In this document: positions 1 through 9,584 of the stretch, one piece after another
Numbering within the stretch: position 1 is the first letter of the stretch
Layout: every line of letters begins with the position of its first letter
Assembly (NCBI GenBank): GCA_028867275.1
Contig: JAGWGU010000002.1
Span: 21,222-53,221, forward strand
From: Nitrososphaerota archaeon
GTDB lineage: Archaea; Thermoproteota; Nitrososphaeria; Nitrososphaerales; Nitrosopumilaceae
Reading direction: 5' to 3'
Length of the DNA stretch: 32,000 nucleotides
Notes under the pieces: model-generated
Told to the model about the DNA's origin: nothing
What the model saw: the letters and a program-made list of their open reading frames with translations, nothing else
Database searches by the model: none
Translations under genes and position numbers: made by a program

Positions 1-219
1 GACAGACTGCACAGGATTGGACAAAAAAATACTGTCTTTGCATATTATCTCATGGGCAACGGTACTCTTGATGATCATGTTGCAAACGTTCTAGTCGACA
101 AGAGTTACGAAATAGATGCAATCATGGATGAAAAGGCGGAGACGTTTGAGAACAAGGAGAAGGCAGAGCTCATCCTAGCACAGATTCACGACAAACTAAC
201 CCACAGCATAACAAAATAG
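1..219 (+). CDS. SNF2/Swi2-family helicase, C-terminal fragment (gene begins upstream of window)
   Basis: Frame 1 is open from base 1 to TAG at 217-219. Translation starts DRLHRIGQKNTV, which is helicase motif VI (DRxHRIGQ) typical of SNF2 ATPases. Confidence 0.7.
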   Translation, partial: DRLHRIGQKNTVFAYYLMGNGTLDDHVANVLVDKSYEIDAIMDEKAETFENKEKAELILAQIHDKLTHSITK

Positions 220-220
220 A

Positions 221-406
221 CTAGGCTTCACGTACCTTGTACTGGTCAAAGAAATCCTGGCCCTCACCCAGTTTTTCAGTCAGAAATGATTCCAGTTTTT
301 TTATGACATCAGCCCTTGACATTTTACCTTCGATGGTGTCATAGTAAGGCGCTTTAGACTCGCGGAATTTTTTATAACTCATCGCCTTCATGACATAAAA
401 CAGCAC
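221..406 (-). CDS. hypothetical small protein (61 aa)
   Basis: ORF track only; no recognisable motif; start could be an internal Met. Confidence 0.35.
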   Translation of the reverse strand: MLFYVMKAMSYKKFRESKAPYYDTIEGKMSRADVIKKLESFLTEKLGEGQDFFDQYKVREA

Positions 407-455
407 ACACTAGCACAAGTAGTTTTGTTTTAGGATACCACAACAGAACGCATTC

Positions 456-722
456 TCAGAATTTACTTGCTATGACAAGTGTTGTAGTTGCATGAACGTT
501 TGGAATCTTGCGGATTTTGTTTTCAATGATTTCCTTGAGCAACTCTACAGTATTTGACTCGATAATGGCCAAAATATCATGTGGTCCGGTTGTTCTGACA
601 CATTCTTTTACACCAGGTATCTCGCGTATTTCGTCCATGATCCTTCCCTCAGAACCTGATTCACAGTTTATCATAACACATGTAGTTTCAATGTTTCTGT
701 CTAGCTGTGATGCCTGGAGCAT
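456..722 (-). CDS. stand-alone Lrp/AsnC-type ligand-binding (RAM) domain protein
   Basis: 88 aa. The pattern ...GSEGRIMDEIREIPGVKECVRTTGPHDILAIIE...IRKIPNVHATTTLV resembles AsnC/Lrp C-terminal RAM domains. TATA-like TATAATAT lies about 25-30 nt upstream. Confidence 0.65.
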   Translation of the reverse strand: MLQASQLDRNIETTCVMINCESGSEGRIMDEIREIPGVKECVRTTGPHDILAIIESNTVELLKEIIENKIRKIPNVHATTTLVIASKF

Positions 723-914
723 AAGTAATATTTTGCCTGTTTTTGCATATTATACATACTCAACAACCTAGCTGATTTATCATAAGACTAGCTTAGTCGA
801 TCAAGTGAGATCACATCTTTCTCCAGAAAAAATCACAGCGTGGAATATTTTGAACAACATGTGTACAAAATTTCGTCCCAAGAATCAAATTGAAAAATAA
901 AACCAAGTAAAAAA

Positions 915-1079
915 ATGTCAAATCAAACACTAAGTGAACTTGTAAAGACAGCTGACAAGATAACAATTGACGAGATCAAGGGCAAGAAAGTAACGCTGAA
1001 GATAAGCTGGTTTGATCTAAAAGGAGTAAGAAAATCAAAAAAATTCCTGCTCACCGAAAAAGACAAGATTGAGTTTTAA
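915..1079 (+). CDS. hypothetical small protein (54 aa, below ORF-track cutoff)
   Basis: Hand translation: ATG at 915, TAA at 1077-1079, MSNQTLSELVKTADKITIDEIKGKKVTLKISWFDLKGVRKSKKFLLTEKDKIEF. Confidence 0.35.
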   Translation: MSNQTLSELVKTADKITIDEIKGKKVTLKISWFDLKGVRKSKKFLLTEKDKIEF

Positions 1080-1402
1080 GTAAAAAATTCGCATCTTGGC
1101 TCATTACAAATCCCAAACTCTTTCTATTTTTTGGCCTAGCTTGAATCCATGTAACCAGTAATGAAAATCTAGGCATTGGTGTAACAGTTAGACAATAATG
1201 ATAAAATCTGGTTGTCAATGAGCCAGCTTGGAAGTGATATGGTATGACCTTTGTATTGTACGAGAAAAATCCAAGCCTGTACAGAAAGTCATTTGTTCTA
1301 TATTCTTTTGATTACGAGTTTGTAGATGATGAGGATGATGACTGATATACAAGTGACACATGCACATCAAACTAGATAATACAGCATGTGTAACATATCA
1401 AA

Positions 1403-1609
1403 ATGGATACGGTACCTTCAAGAGACAAGATCAAGATAGGATCCAGTGTGTTCATAGTGCTAAAGCAAGATCAAGGCACAGGCAAATTAACAGAGGGCAC
1501 TGTAAAGCGGATTCTCACCTCAAGTAGTTTTCATCCACATGGAATCAAAGTAGAGTTACAGGATGGTAAGATAGGCAGGGTGCAAAAAGTATCTGGTGTT
1601 TTATCCTAA
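1403..1609 (+). CDS. YwbE/DUF2196-family small protein
   Basis: 68 aa; GSSVFIVLKQDQGTGKLTEGTVKRILTSSSFHPHGIKVELQDGKIGRV matches my memory of the YwbE family signature (DQ.TG.LT.G.V..ILT.S..HP.GIKV). Confidence 0.7.
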   Translation: MDTVPSRDKIKIGSSVFIVLKQDQGTGKLTEGTVKRILTSSSFHPHGIKVELQDGKIGRVQKVSGVLS

Positions 1610-1619
1610 GATCACAGGG

Positions 1620-1838
1620 TCACTTTTTTCGCCGTGGCAAGAATAAAAGAACAGTACCCAAGACTATGAGAATGCCAACTAGTGTAGTATACATCAATGC
1701 AAGAGGTAGCGATTTTATGTAATCATCCTGTACTGTAGGAAGCAGAAAATTGGCACCTGTAGCTAGTGCCCATATCAGAAAAAAACACCCAACAAGTACG
1801 CTTGCATCAATTACCAGAATCTTTTGAAACGGTTTCAT
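1620..1838 (-). CDS. small membrane protein (2 predicted TM helices)
   Basis: 72 aa with two long hydrophobic stretches and a C-terminal RRKK. Confidence 0.5.
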   Translation of the reverse strand: MKPFQKILVIDASVLVGCFFLIWALATGANFLLPTVQDDYIKSLPLALMYTTLVGILIVLGTVLLFLPRRKK

Positions 1839-2045
1839 GGAATGATGCAGATATCATCACAGTTAAACAGTTACTATCATATCATCAAACCATTACTCCA
1901 GGATGCCGAGTTTGCACCCTTGAAAATATTTCATACTAGAACGGCTTGAAAGATTGTCCGGATTCCACCAGCCAGATTTACAAAAGTTTGCATTAAACAA
2001 CATGCAGAGAATAAGTTTAATGGACTAGAAAATGCCATCAGCACA

Positions 2046-3518
2046 TTGAATTCAAGACTTGGTTGTAACAGATATCATCTTCTTATCATATCCATACTGA
2101 TAGTCTCTGCCTTTTCTCACCTCTGGAATGTTGCAGGCTTTCCAGATGTTTTCTTTGACGAGGGGGTTTACATGCGAAGGGCAATGCATGTTCTAAATGG
2201 CCTCGGTCCACAAGAAGGCTCATTTTATGATCATCCATGGTTTGGCCAGATCTTTCTTGCAGGAATACTTGGCTCTATCGGGTATCCCCACTCCCTGAAC
2301 TCTTCAGGTGATGCCAACTCTATTTCCATGCTTTACGTGGTGCCAAGAATCATCATGGGATTGTTAGCAGTGGCAGATACTTTTCTTGTCTACAAGATAG
2401 CAGGAAAACGTTATGGTCAAAAGGTGGCATTGGTTTCTGCGGCATTGTTTGCTGTGATGCCAATATCATGGATATTTCGCAGAATACTGCTTGATTCCAT
2501 CTTGTTGCCTTTTCTCTTGCTGTCAATATGGGCAGCACTTTGTTCCAAAGATTCCAAACACGGCACCTGGCTAGTTTTGTTGTCCGGCGTATGTGTGGGC
2601 CTTGCAGTGTTTACAAAGATACCTGCCTTTACCATGATTCCTTTGGTTGGGGGCATTATCTTTTTTGGCAACACAAAGCGCTTCAAGATGCTTGCATTGT
2701 GGTTGCTACCTGTGATCTTGATTCCACTCTTGTGGCCTGCCCAGAGCATGGAGTCAGGACAGTTTAGCAATTGGGTACATGACGTGTTTTATTTCCAGAC
2801 ACACCGAGTCGGCGGCTCTGATCTGAACTTTATCACAAAATCATTTATGCAAATGGACCCTGCCCTGTTTTGGCTTGCAGCAGCAGGCATTGGTTTTGCA
2901 GTAATTAGAAGAGATTACTTGATACTAGGTTGGTTTGTCCCGTTTCTAGTTTTCTTGTATGCTATTAGCTACAACCAGTACTTTTACTGGATTCCAGTAA
3001 TACCTGTAATGTGCATTGCTGCAGCAGTCTTGATAGTAAGATTATTTGAAAAAATACCAAGAAAAAAAATCCAGGTGGGTACAATCATTTTTGTTTTAGG
3101 AGTATGTGCATTTGGCATGGTAGGCCTTGTGAAACTCATCACTACAGACATGACAAGTGCAGAATATGCTGCAGCATCATTTGTTGTAAACCAGCCAATT
3201 GATAATGATACCAGCATTCTTGCAAGTTCCACATACACATGGATATTCAGTGACGTATTTCACAAGAAGAATGTCCCGTCGGATTATTCGCAGCTACTCT
3301 CAGAGCCCGTAAACACAACAAAGGTTGTTCTTGTGGCAGATCCTCACTTTATTGTAGATTTTAAAAGAGGAAAACAGTTTGCAGACATGTACAATTCCAC
3401 ACAACTTGTTGCTACATTTGATGGCGACATCTCAAGATATGACACGGACCATTATCCATATCGCAGTCTATATTCCACCATTGAGGGAAAATATATTGAA
3501 ATTAGAGTGAAAAACTAG
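2046..3518 (+). CDS. GT-C fold membrane glycosyltransferase (ArnT/PMT_2-like, GT39/83-type)
   Basis: 490 aa and multi-TM. The first-loop motif FFDEGVYMRRA (DE..Y) is typical of ArnT/PMT-like enzymes, and there is a soluble C-terminal domain. TTG start in the track, so the true start is uncertain. Confidence 0.7.
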   Translation: MNSRLGCNRYHLLIISILIVSAFSHLWNVAGFPDVFFDEGVYMRRAMHVLNGLGPQEGSFYDHPWFGQIFLAGILGSIGYPHSLNSSGDANSISMLYVVPRIIMGLLAVADTFLVYKIAGKRYGQKVALVSAALFAVMPISWIFRRILLDSILLPFLLLSIWAALCSKDSKHGTWLVLLSGVCVGLAVFTKIPAFTMIPLVGGIIFFGNTKRFKMLALWLLPVILIPLLWPAQSMESGQFSNWVHDVFYFQTHRVGGSDLNFITKSFMQMDPALFWLAAAGIGFAVIRRDYLILGWFVPFLVFLYAISYNQYFYWIPVIPVMCIAAAVLIVRLFEKIPRKKIQVGTIIFVLGVCAFGMVGLVKLITTDMTSAEYAAASFVVNQPIDNDTSILASSTYTWIFSDVFHKKNVPSDYSQLLSEPVNTTKVVLVADPHFIVDFKRGKQFADMYNSTQLVATFDGDISRYDTDHYPYRSLYSTIEGKYIEIRVKN

Positions 3519-3608
3519 TTTTTCACATACAGGATTTGATAAAAATAAAAAATTCAGATGTTCTTTTATCATTTCAACGTTCTTTTTTGCAAGATCATGG
3601 TAATTCCA

Positions 3609-4097
3609 TCAGCTAGATGGAATCAATTGTTCTATGACAACATGATAATAGAAATTGTTCAGCTTGAACTCCATTACAGACGTATAGGTGGTAAAGTTTA
3701 CCCCAAAGTTTGTATCATTTGTTTGTGTTTCAGGCAGTTGTTCCACCTTGTTGCCTGCCAATTTCAGTATGGAATCAACATCATTTTGACTGATATCAGT
3801 TGTAAACGTACGAGCATGGTAGTAAGGCGGAGGCGTAAACTTGGCAAAGGCCTGATCGATTGCATTTTTCAGTGCAGGAATTTTATCCAATGTAGAATTG
3901 TCAAGAATTATTGTACCGCTGTCAATATCTGAGAGTTGCTGTTGCGTGTGGATTTTTACATTTCCAGGAGTTGTTTCAGCAGTCGTACTCAATCTGATCA
4001 CAGCATTTGTAGCAGTTTTAGGAACCTCTAAAAATATGGCAATTCCTGCAATGATAAGACATGCCACAACCAATGCAATTGTCAGAGTTTTTGCCAC
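3609..4097 (-). CDS. N-terminally membrane-anchored hypothetical protein
   Basis: 162 aa with one N-terminal TM (LTIALVVACLIIAGIAIFL); the rest is hydrophilic. The overlapping + strand ORFs 3558-3932 and 3898-4110 look antisense and spurious. Confidence 0.55.
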   Translation of the reverse strand: MAKTLTIALVVACLIIAGIAIFLEVPKTATNAVIRLSTTAETTPGNVKIHTQQQLSDIDSGTIILDNSTLDKIPALKNAIDQAFAKFTPPPYYHARTFTTDISQNDVDSILKLAGNKVEQLPETQTNDTNFGVNFTTYTSVMEFKLNNFYYHVVIEQLIPSS

Positions 4098-4184
4098 ACA
4101 TTACAAATGAATTGTTAGAATTTAACTGATGTTCAACAACATGTAATCATACATTACAAAATATTTTAAAAATCCTGTCCAGTG

Positions 4185-4370
4185 CTAGACTTGGCTTATC
4201 AGCTTGTCCTTGTATTCAAGTATGGATTTTTTAATCTCAGAATAGCTGCCTGCCAAGTTTCCTGTCTTTTCAAAGTTTGTAAGCGTGGACTCTAATTTTT
4301 GGACAAAATCTAGTGCGTCGTCGTTGCTCTTTTGTAGTTTCTTTTTCAGTCCATTGATTTGATTGTCCAT
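4185..4370 (-). CDS. small coiled-coil hypothetical protein
   Basis: 61 aa, heptad-like K/E/L-rich sequence. Confidence 0.4.
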   Translation of the reverse strand: MDNQINGLKKKLQKSNDDALDFVQKLESTLTNFEKTGNLAGSYSEIKKSILEYKDKLISQV

Positions 4371-4459
4371 GTTTTACATGTAGTAGGAATCTAGTATAAA
4401 CATTGTTTCTGTTGCCATGCACAAGGGAAACTCCACGATTTTTTTACATGAGGATTGCA

Positions 4460-4726
4460 TCATCTTTTATGACGATTTGATGCATCATACTGTTTTGCCC
4501 TGTTTTCATTATAATTTATCTGGAGCATGACATGCCTGAGTTTTTTTCGCTTGTTCTCGTCAGGAAAGTGAACTAGCATAAAATCATCAAGCTCTTCCAC
4601 TCCCCGTTCATCAAGTATCTCTAGTGCAATTCTCCCTGCTTCACGGGAATTGTCTAGCCCGCATTTACTGCATGTTGTACCTCGTGCAATTTTTCCCCTG
4701 CAGGTGGAGCTGATACAGTGCATCAT
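4460..4726 (-). CDS. hypothetical protein with N-terminal zinc-ribbon
   Basis: 88 aa; C-x4-C ... C-x2-C in the first 25 residues (MMHCISSTCRGKIARGTTCSKCG). Confidence 0.5.
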   Translation of the reverse strand: MMHCISSTCRGKIARGTTCSKCGLDNSREAGRIALEILDERGVEELDDFMLVHFPDENKRKKLRHVMLQINYNENRAKQYDASNRHKR

Positions 4727-4853
4727 AAAATAAAATCACCATATGATCTATAAAAACAGCCCGAACATAACCTCAAAACTTGGATGAGCATGAAAAATTA
4801 TCCATATAGAATATCAAAAGCATTAATTTTACTGGCAATATCAAGTAAAGAAA

Positions 4854-4991
4854 ATGGTCGTACAAGAGTGCCTAGAATGCACGTCAAAGAACATCGGTGA
4901 GTACATGGATCCGGTCGAAAAAAGTGATGGAATGCACTATTATTTCCTATGCGAAGACTGCAAATACGAATGGGAAATCATAAAAAAGTAA
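4854..4991 (+). CDS. mini zinc-ribbon protein (45 aa, below ORF-track cutoff)
   Basis: Hand translation MVVQECLECTSKNIGEYMDPVEKSDGMHYYFLCEDCKYEWEIIKK, with CxxC...CxxC. Confidence 0.5.
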   Translation: MVVQECLECTSKNIGEYMDPVEKSDGMHYYFLCEDCKYEWEIIKK

Positions 4992-5031
4992 GTCTCATGA
5001 CATATTCCCATAATCAAACAGTCAACAGAAA

Positions 5032-5262
5032 TTGCTAAATTACAAGTCTGACTTGAAAATAACAATGAGTTTTGAAGGAATAGACATTCAGATTGAGCGA
5101 TACACAAAAAAAATTAATGAAAAAAATGAGCAGCTAAAAGATCCAACTCTAAGTCATGAAGCAAAGAAGAGACTAGAGTCAGAGATCAAAAACGCAACCC
5201 TGGAAAGAAACAAGTGGAAGATAAGGAAAAACAATCTATTTACAACTAGACACAAGAAATAG
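5032..5262 (+). CDS. small coiled-coil protein, paralogue of 23939-24142
   Basis: Aligns with the 24142 ORF (IE.Y...IN...E.LK...LS.E.....ESE...AT.E). The true start may be ATG at 5065 (MSFEG). Confidence 0.5.
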   Translation: MLNYKSDLKITMSFEGIDIQIERYTKKINEKNEQLKDPTLSHEAKKRLESEIKNATLERNKWKIRKNNLFTTRHKK

Positions 5263-5294
5263 AGAAACAGTTCTTGTCCCATGTATTGTTAGTG

Positions 5295-5438
5295 TTATTT
5301 TGTTTTTGTGACAGGTCTCATTCCACTATGGATGTCGTTTTTACAGTTATCACACATAAAATTATCAATGGACCCTTTTCCATAATGGCCACACCTGCAA
5401 CTGATACAAGTGCACAACACTCTATCAAATTCTGTCAT
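5295..5438 (-). CDS. Cys-rich mini zinc-finger protein (47 aa, below cutoff)
   Basis: Hand translation MTEFDRVLCTCISCRCGHYGKGSIDNFMCDNCKNDIHSGMRPVTKTK. It replaces the implausible + strand ORF 5274-5483. Confidence 0.5.
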   Translation of the reverse strand: MTEFDRVLCTCISCRCGHYGKGSIDNFMCDNCKNDIHSGMRPVTKTK

Positions 5439-5463
5439 GTTAGTACTGATGATATAATCAATA

Positions 5464-5895
5464 TTAATATCTGCTTTCAGTAGGTCTGATGTCGTCTACC
5501 AGCACTTGGACTGACTTGAACACCGATTTGACTGCCACATTTACCTCTCGTAGGTCTTGACCAGTATTGCCAATCAAGTCCATCATGTTTTTTGCTGACC
5601 TTGCAAATTCTTTTGCCTCTTGTATGACACCTATCTCCTCCATCAGCTTTATGGTACCTTGCATCTTTTCAGAAGCCTCGTTGATGTTTTGTGTAATCAA
5701 ACGAAGATTTTCTATATTTTTGACCATCTCCGGAGTTTTGAGCGCTTCGATGATATCCTTGGCTACCGTACTCATGTCCACAATTTTTCCAAGTGATTCC
5801 TGTACTCCAGGTGCCCTTATTTGGCGCATTATCTCAACTGCGCAAGATACCGTTTCCCTTATCTCTTGAATCTTGCCGGTTTTTTCTACTGCCAT
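5464..5895 (-). CDS. hypothetical helical protein (143 aa)
   Basis: Long ORF with E/K/I-rich helical composition; no motif recognised. Confidence 0.55.
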   Translation of the reverse strand: MAVEKTGKIQEIRETVSCAVEIMRQIRAPGVQESLGKIVDMSTVAKDIIEALKTPEMVKNIENLRLITQNINEASEKMQGTIKLMEEIGVIQEAKEFARSAKNMMDLIGNTGQDLREVNVAVKSVFKSVQVLVDDIRPTESRY

Positions 5896-5896
5896 G

Positions 5897-6028
5897 CTAT
5901 GGGCCTCCTAGGAATAGCGTGCAGAGAAAGACCTTGCCCATTGCCAACAGGTGTTCTTTTCCTTCCACCCATTGCATGATATGGACTGCATAGTCTAGAC
6001 ACTTTGCGATCGTTGTCGAGTCTGTCAT
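5897..6028 (-). CDS. possible 43-aa upstream ORF coupled to 5464-5895
   Basis: Hand translation MTDSTTIAKCLDYAVHIMQWVEGKEHLLAMGKVFLCTLFLGGP. Its stop lies 1 nt before the next ATG. Confidence 0.3.
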   Translation of the reverse strand: MTDSTTIAKCLDYAVHIMQWVEGKEHLLAMGKVFLCTLFLGGP

Positions 6029-6384
6029 GAGAGTTTTCCTCCCTGCATTTCTTTGATTGTCTTTGTTTTTGTCATGATGGAACAGTGTCAGAAAAATTAT
6101 TTATCAATTCAATACAATTTTGCAACAAAAATGTCGGATTGTGCCTAGTTGCAAGCTATATCATGCGCAAATATAGAACATTGTCAAACCAAGAGACACT
6201 CATGTACACATCTACGGTACTCTTTTGTCTCAGGTCTGTTTGTCCTCTCACTTGGCATCTCGGTTTTGCTCATGGTTTTATTTTCTAGTTTGTTATCATA
6301 ATGATCTTTGACAATAGACTGCTTAGAGCCACATAAGACACATAGTGGAATAGTTAATTATGGTACACAGAAAATACCCAAAAC

Positions 6385-6669
6385 ATGGGTGACGGAATAG
6401 GCGGTCCTGTAATTGCATGTCTGTCAGGAAATACTTTTGAAATGTCAGTTACACATTTTCGCAAAGACAACAAGGAAGAGTACGGAAACATTGAGAGAAT
6501 TGTGATTGCCAAGGTAGATGATCCCGATAATCCTCAATATGAAGAAAAGACAGTTCAGGATCTAGAACGAGCGCTAAAGGGCAAGTTTGTCACATGCAAT
6601 GTGCAATATCGAGACTCAAAGACGGACTGGTTGGTGTGTAACGTGTTTGTCCAAAACCCTCCAGAATAG
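6385..6669 (+). CDS. hypothetical protein (94 aa)
   Basis: ORF track; ATG start; no motif recognised. Confidence 0.5.
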   Translation: MGDGIGGPVIACLSGNTFEMSVTHFRKDNKEEYGNIERIVIAKVDDPDNPQYEEKTVQDLERALKGKFVTCNVQYRDSKTDWLVCNVFVQNPPE

Positions 6670-6701
6670 ACATTTGCAATAATGCTACCTTGATTTTCTG
6701 T

Positions 6702-7115
6702 TCAGGCCTTTGACTCTTTGGCATTCCAGCAAGTTTTGCACAGATAGCCTTTCAGATTCCATTCCTTTTTTGCATAACGTGGAAAAAAGCCAAGCTTGGC
6801 ATTACACACAATACAGTTTTTCTTCAATTCGTCATCGGACTTTTCCCATTCATGAAGACAGGGCTCGCAAAGCCATCCTTGTAGCCCCCATTCCTTTTTT
6901 GGCTTCCACAGGTTGAGCCCTCCAGGCTCTGCCCCACATGCAACACAAATATCATCACTCTTTTTCGCAACAGGTTTTTTCATAAAATCAACGTAACATT
7001 TTGCACACATCTGGCCTTTGACATCCCACTCTTTCTTGGGTTTACTGGTGCGTGGTGTTCTCTTCTTACATACGGCACAAAATTCCTCTTTTTTGCTTCC
7101 AAATAGTCCCATCAC
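6702..7115 (-). CDS. protein made of three tandem zinc-ribbon modules
   Basis: 137 aa. CxxC-x13/14-KKEW-x3-G-x2-CxxC occurs three times (CAVC..KKEWDVKGQMCAKC; CVAC..KKEWGLQGWLCEPC; CIVC..KKEWNLKGYLCKTC). Confidence 0.65.
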   Translation of the reverse strand: MMGLFGSKKEEFCAVCKKRTPRTSKPKKEWDVKGQMCAKCYVDFMKKPVAKKSDDICVACGAEPGGLNLWKPKKEWGLQGWLCEPCLHEWEKSDDELKKNCIVCNAKLGFFPRYAKKEWNLKGYLCKTCWNAKESKA

Positions 7116-7317
7116 AGATACATCATACCCATATTAGAAAAGGATTTGACCACAGTACATCTAATCGGTCAAAGGATTGCCATACTAACATCATCCCGTT
7201 AGAGTCCTTGTGGTCTGAAAAGATGGTATTTCATACAAGATAAATCATTTACTCTTTCCACAAGGCCTTTTTTCTTAGAAATTGCTAAATCTAGCAGGTT
7301 AATCAAAGGATTGTAAA

Positions 7318-7515
7318 TTGAAAATCAATACAATGTTTGGCATATCTTTGATCATGTTCGGCCTTTCGGCAGCATCATTTCTTGTCATGCGTGTTTACGA
7401 GTCCCATGTTGCAGCATTATTTGCAGCTGGTTTTGGTTTTGTTGCAATCACAGCCATGATGGTTCCAGGATTGCAGAAATTACTCAGGGGCAAGATTGCA
7501 AAACCCAAAGCCTAG
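7318..7515 (+). CDS. small membrane protein
   Basis: 65 aa with two hydrophobic helices. TTG start in the track; ATG at 7333 is more likely. Confidence 0.45.
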   Translation: MKINTMFGISLIMFGLSAASFLVMRVYESHVAALFAAGFGFVAITAMMVPGLQKLLRGKIAKPKA

Positions 7516-7727
7516 GTGGTATTTTTTGGAGCAGGCTTTCTGCGGAAATATATCGTAAATCCCCCACCAACTACAACCAGTGCAAGGAGTATAATCCAAA
7601 ACTGGGTAGGATCTACATAACTCCACATTGCAGGATCGTTACCAGGATCAACTTGGGCCTGAGCATGTTGTATTGTTAGAAAGAACAGTACTGAAACGAG
7701 AAACAGACCTGCATGAATCTTCATCAA
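7512..7727 (-). CDS. small secreted/membrane-anchored protein
   Basis: 71 aa: signal-peptide-like N-terminus ending AQAQ, C-terminal TM, then basic RRKPAPK tail. Confidence 0.5.
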   Translation of the reverse strand: MMKIHAGLFLVSVLFFLTIQHAQAQVDPGNDPAMWSYVDPTQFWIILLALVVVGGGFTIYFRRKPAPKNTT

Positions 7728-8207
7728 GATTACGGCTCAAAATTGCCTATAAAGAATTATGCCTGGTTCCCTTTTACGTGAAATCATCAATAGTACAATC
7801 ACACTGGCAAACGGTCTTTCATACGGACAAATTCAAAAAGAGGTAAAGACAATTTCCATATTCTTTGAAGCAGGTCCTCTCACAAGCAAAAAAACTTGAG
7901 TCATCAAGAAAAATCGTGTCAGCAATTTGAAATAATCTGCCTTCTCAATCACATAACCTAAAAATCTGCAAAAAATTACAAATTATTCATCAAATAGTGT
8001 GCTAGCACATGTTTATTGTAAGTGATATCAAGATTTCTCATGATTGATATTTTAATTACGAAACTTTTAAAAAATATGAGAATATTGTTAGAACTTTTTT
8101 ATGTGATAAAAAATAAACTAGTACCATAATATGATCAAGTATCAGAAAAATCTCATTTCACATATCAAACTAAATCTCATTTGTGATCCAGTTCGAGGCA
8201 ATAAATT

Positions 8208-9122
8208 ATGAATCGAGTATTTTCTTCTAGTACTGATAATTGTCCACGTTGTGGAAAAATCCAAATTATTACAGACAGCATAACTGGTGAAAGATTTTGT
8301 GGAAACTGTGGATTTGTATTTACTGAAAGATTGGAAGAATCATCTGCAGAATGGCGTTCATTTTCCAGAGAAGAGTATGAAAGTAAAAGCAGGGCTGGAA
8401 TTCCCACCTCGCTTGCACTGCATGACATGGGACTTGCAACTGTCATAGGTCCTGTAAACAGGGACGCATATGGAAAGCCACTATCAGCATCCATGAAAAG
8501 CAACATAGAACGTCTTCGAACATGGAACAGCAGAAGTCAAACCCACCTACACATAGAAAAAAATTTCAGGCAGGCATTCAGTGAACTTAACAGATTAAAA
8601 GACAAGCTGGTTCTTTCTGATGATGCAATTGAAAAAACGGCCTACATCTACAGAAAAGCAATGGAGAAAGGTCTTGGAAGAGGCAGGTCAATCAAAGGAC
8701 TTGTTGCAGCCTGCCTATATGCAGCATGCAGAGACAGAGAGATACCAAGAACACTATCTTATGTTTCAAGTAAAATCAATGTTCAGAAAAAAGATGTGGC
8801 AAGGTGCTATAGATTGATCTTAAGAGAGCTTGATCTTAAAATGCCCGTTGTGGATCCAATCAAGCACATATCAGGAATTGCAAGCAGAGCAGGGCTGAGT
8901 GAAAAAACTAAAAGAAAAGGGGTATCAATTCTCAAAGTTGCAATAGAAAATGAGATTACAGCAGGAAAGGATCCCACAGGGCTTGCTGCTGCCGCACTAT
9001 ATCTTTCATGTGTGAAAAATAATGAAAAAAAATCGCAAAAAAATATTGCAGATGCAGCAGGCATAACAGAAGTTACCATACGAAATAGATATACAGAATT
9101 AAAAAAGCATCTATGCACATAG
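8208..9122 (+). CDS. tfb: transcription initiation factor IIB (TFB)
   Basis: 304 aa: N-terminal zinc ribbon CPRCG...CGNCG, B-linker, and two cyclin-like repeats (RGRSIKGLVAACLYAACR; GKDPTGLAAAALYLSC; ITEVTIRNRY). Confidence 0.95.
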   Translation: MNRVFSSSTDNCPRCGKIQIITDSITGERFCGNCGFVFTERLEESSAEWRSFSREEYESKSRAGIPTSLALHDMGLATVIGPVNRDAYGKPLSASMKSNIERLRTWNSRSQTHLHIEKNFRQAFSELNRLKDKLVLSDDAIEKTAYIYRKAMEKGLGRGRSIKGLVAACLYAACRDREIPRTLSYVSSKINVQKKDVARCYRLILRELDLKMPVVDPIKHISGIASRAGLSEKTKRKGVSILKVAIENEITAGKDPTGLAAAALYLSCVKNNEKKSQKNIADAAGITEVTIRNRYTELKKHLCT

Positions 9123-9202
9123 TTTTTCGGCATGATAAAAAACAACCACGTGAAATACATTCTCAAATTATAATAGCAGTCGTGATATCTTTGATGGGGT
9201 TA

Positions 9203-9218
9203 GCTAAATCAATTTAGC
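9203..9218. terminator. 16-bp palindrome GCTAAATCAATTTAGC between convergent tfb and the csoR-like gene
   Basis: Perfect 7-bp arms with a 2-nt centre. G/C-extended flanks (GGGGTTA...ACCC) lengthen the stem. The position fits a bidirectional terminator or a protein-binding site. Confidence 0.35.
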
Positions 9219-9257
9219 ACCCACTCATTTTGTCCAGACACAATTCTTGCAATTATT

Positions 9258-9515
9258 TTATAGAATCTTGGATACGGTATCCTTTAGATCACTTGCTGCC
9301 TTCTTACCCTTGCTACTAGCATTTAGGCTGACATGTTCAGCCAAGTCCAATATTATTATCTCCATTGTACTATCCAAAGCTGCTCTTACTGCGGTTATCT
9401 GCTGAACAATCTCAGGATATCCTTTTCCCTCATCTATCATCTTGGCAATACCTTTTACATGTCCTTCTATTCTTGCCAATCTTTTTTTCACTTCAGGAAG
9501 TTTATGATGAGTCAT
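9258..9515 (-). CDS. CsoR/RcnR/FrmR-family metal-sensing transcriptional repressor (DUF156)
   Basis: 85 aa; RLARIEGHVKGIAKMIDEGKGYPEIVQQITAVRAALD is the family's characteristic helix-bundle signature. Confidence 0.88.
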   Translation of the reverse strand: MTHHKLPEVKKRLARIEGHVKGIAKMIDEGKGYPEIVQQITAVRAALDSTMEIIILDLAEHVSLNASSKGKKAASDLKDTVSKIL

Positions 9516-9584
9516 ATTCTATTTTTCTCAGTCAAGTGATATTTATCTAGTCGGATGGTTTGTCCAACCTCCGAATACCCATCT

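Noticed and set aside
1321-1345. ATGATGA-gg-ATGATGA-CTGA, possible C/D-box sRNA
   Set aside because: The C-like and D-like boxes are directly adjacent with no ~12-nt guide spacing, and no terminal D box lies 50-60 nt downstream. The same bases can be read as the acidic tail (DDEDDD-stop) of a possible 33-aa ORF (1244-1345).
2353-3238. ORFs antisense or out of frame within the glycosyltransferase gene (2353-2538, 2417-2770, 2528-2767, 2984-3238)
   Set aside because: They are nested in a long, well-supported membrane-protein ORF. These are shadow ORFs.
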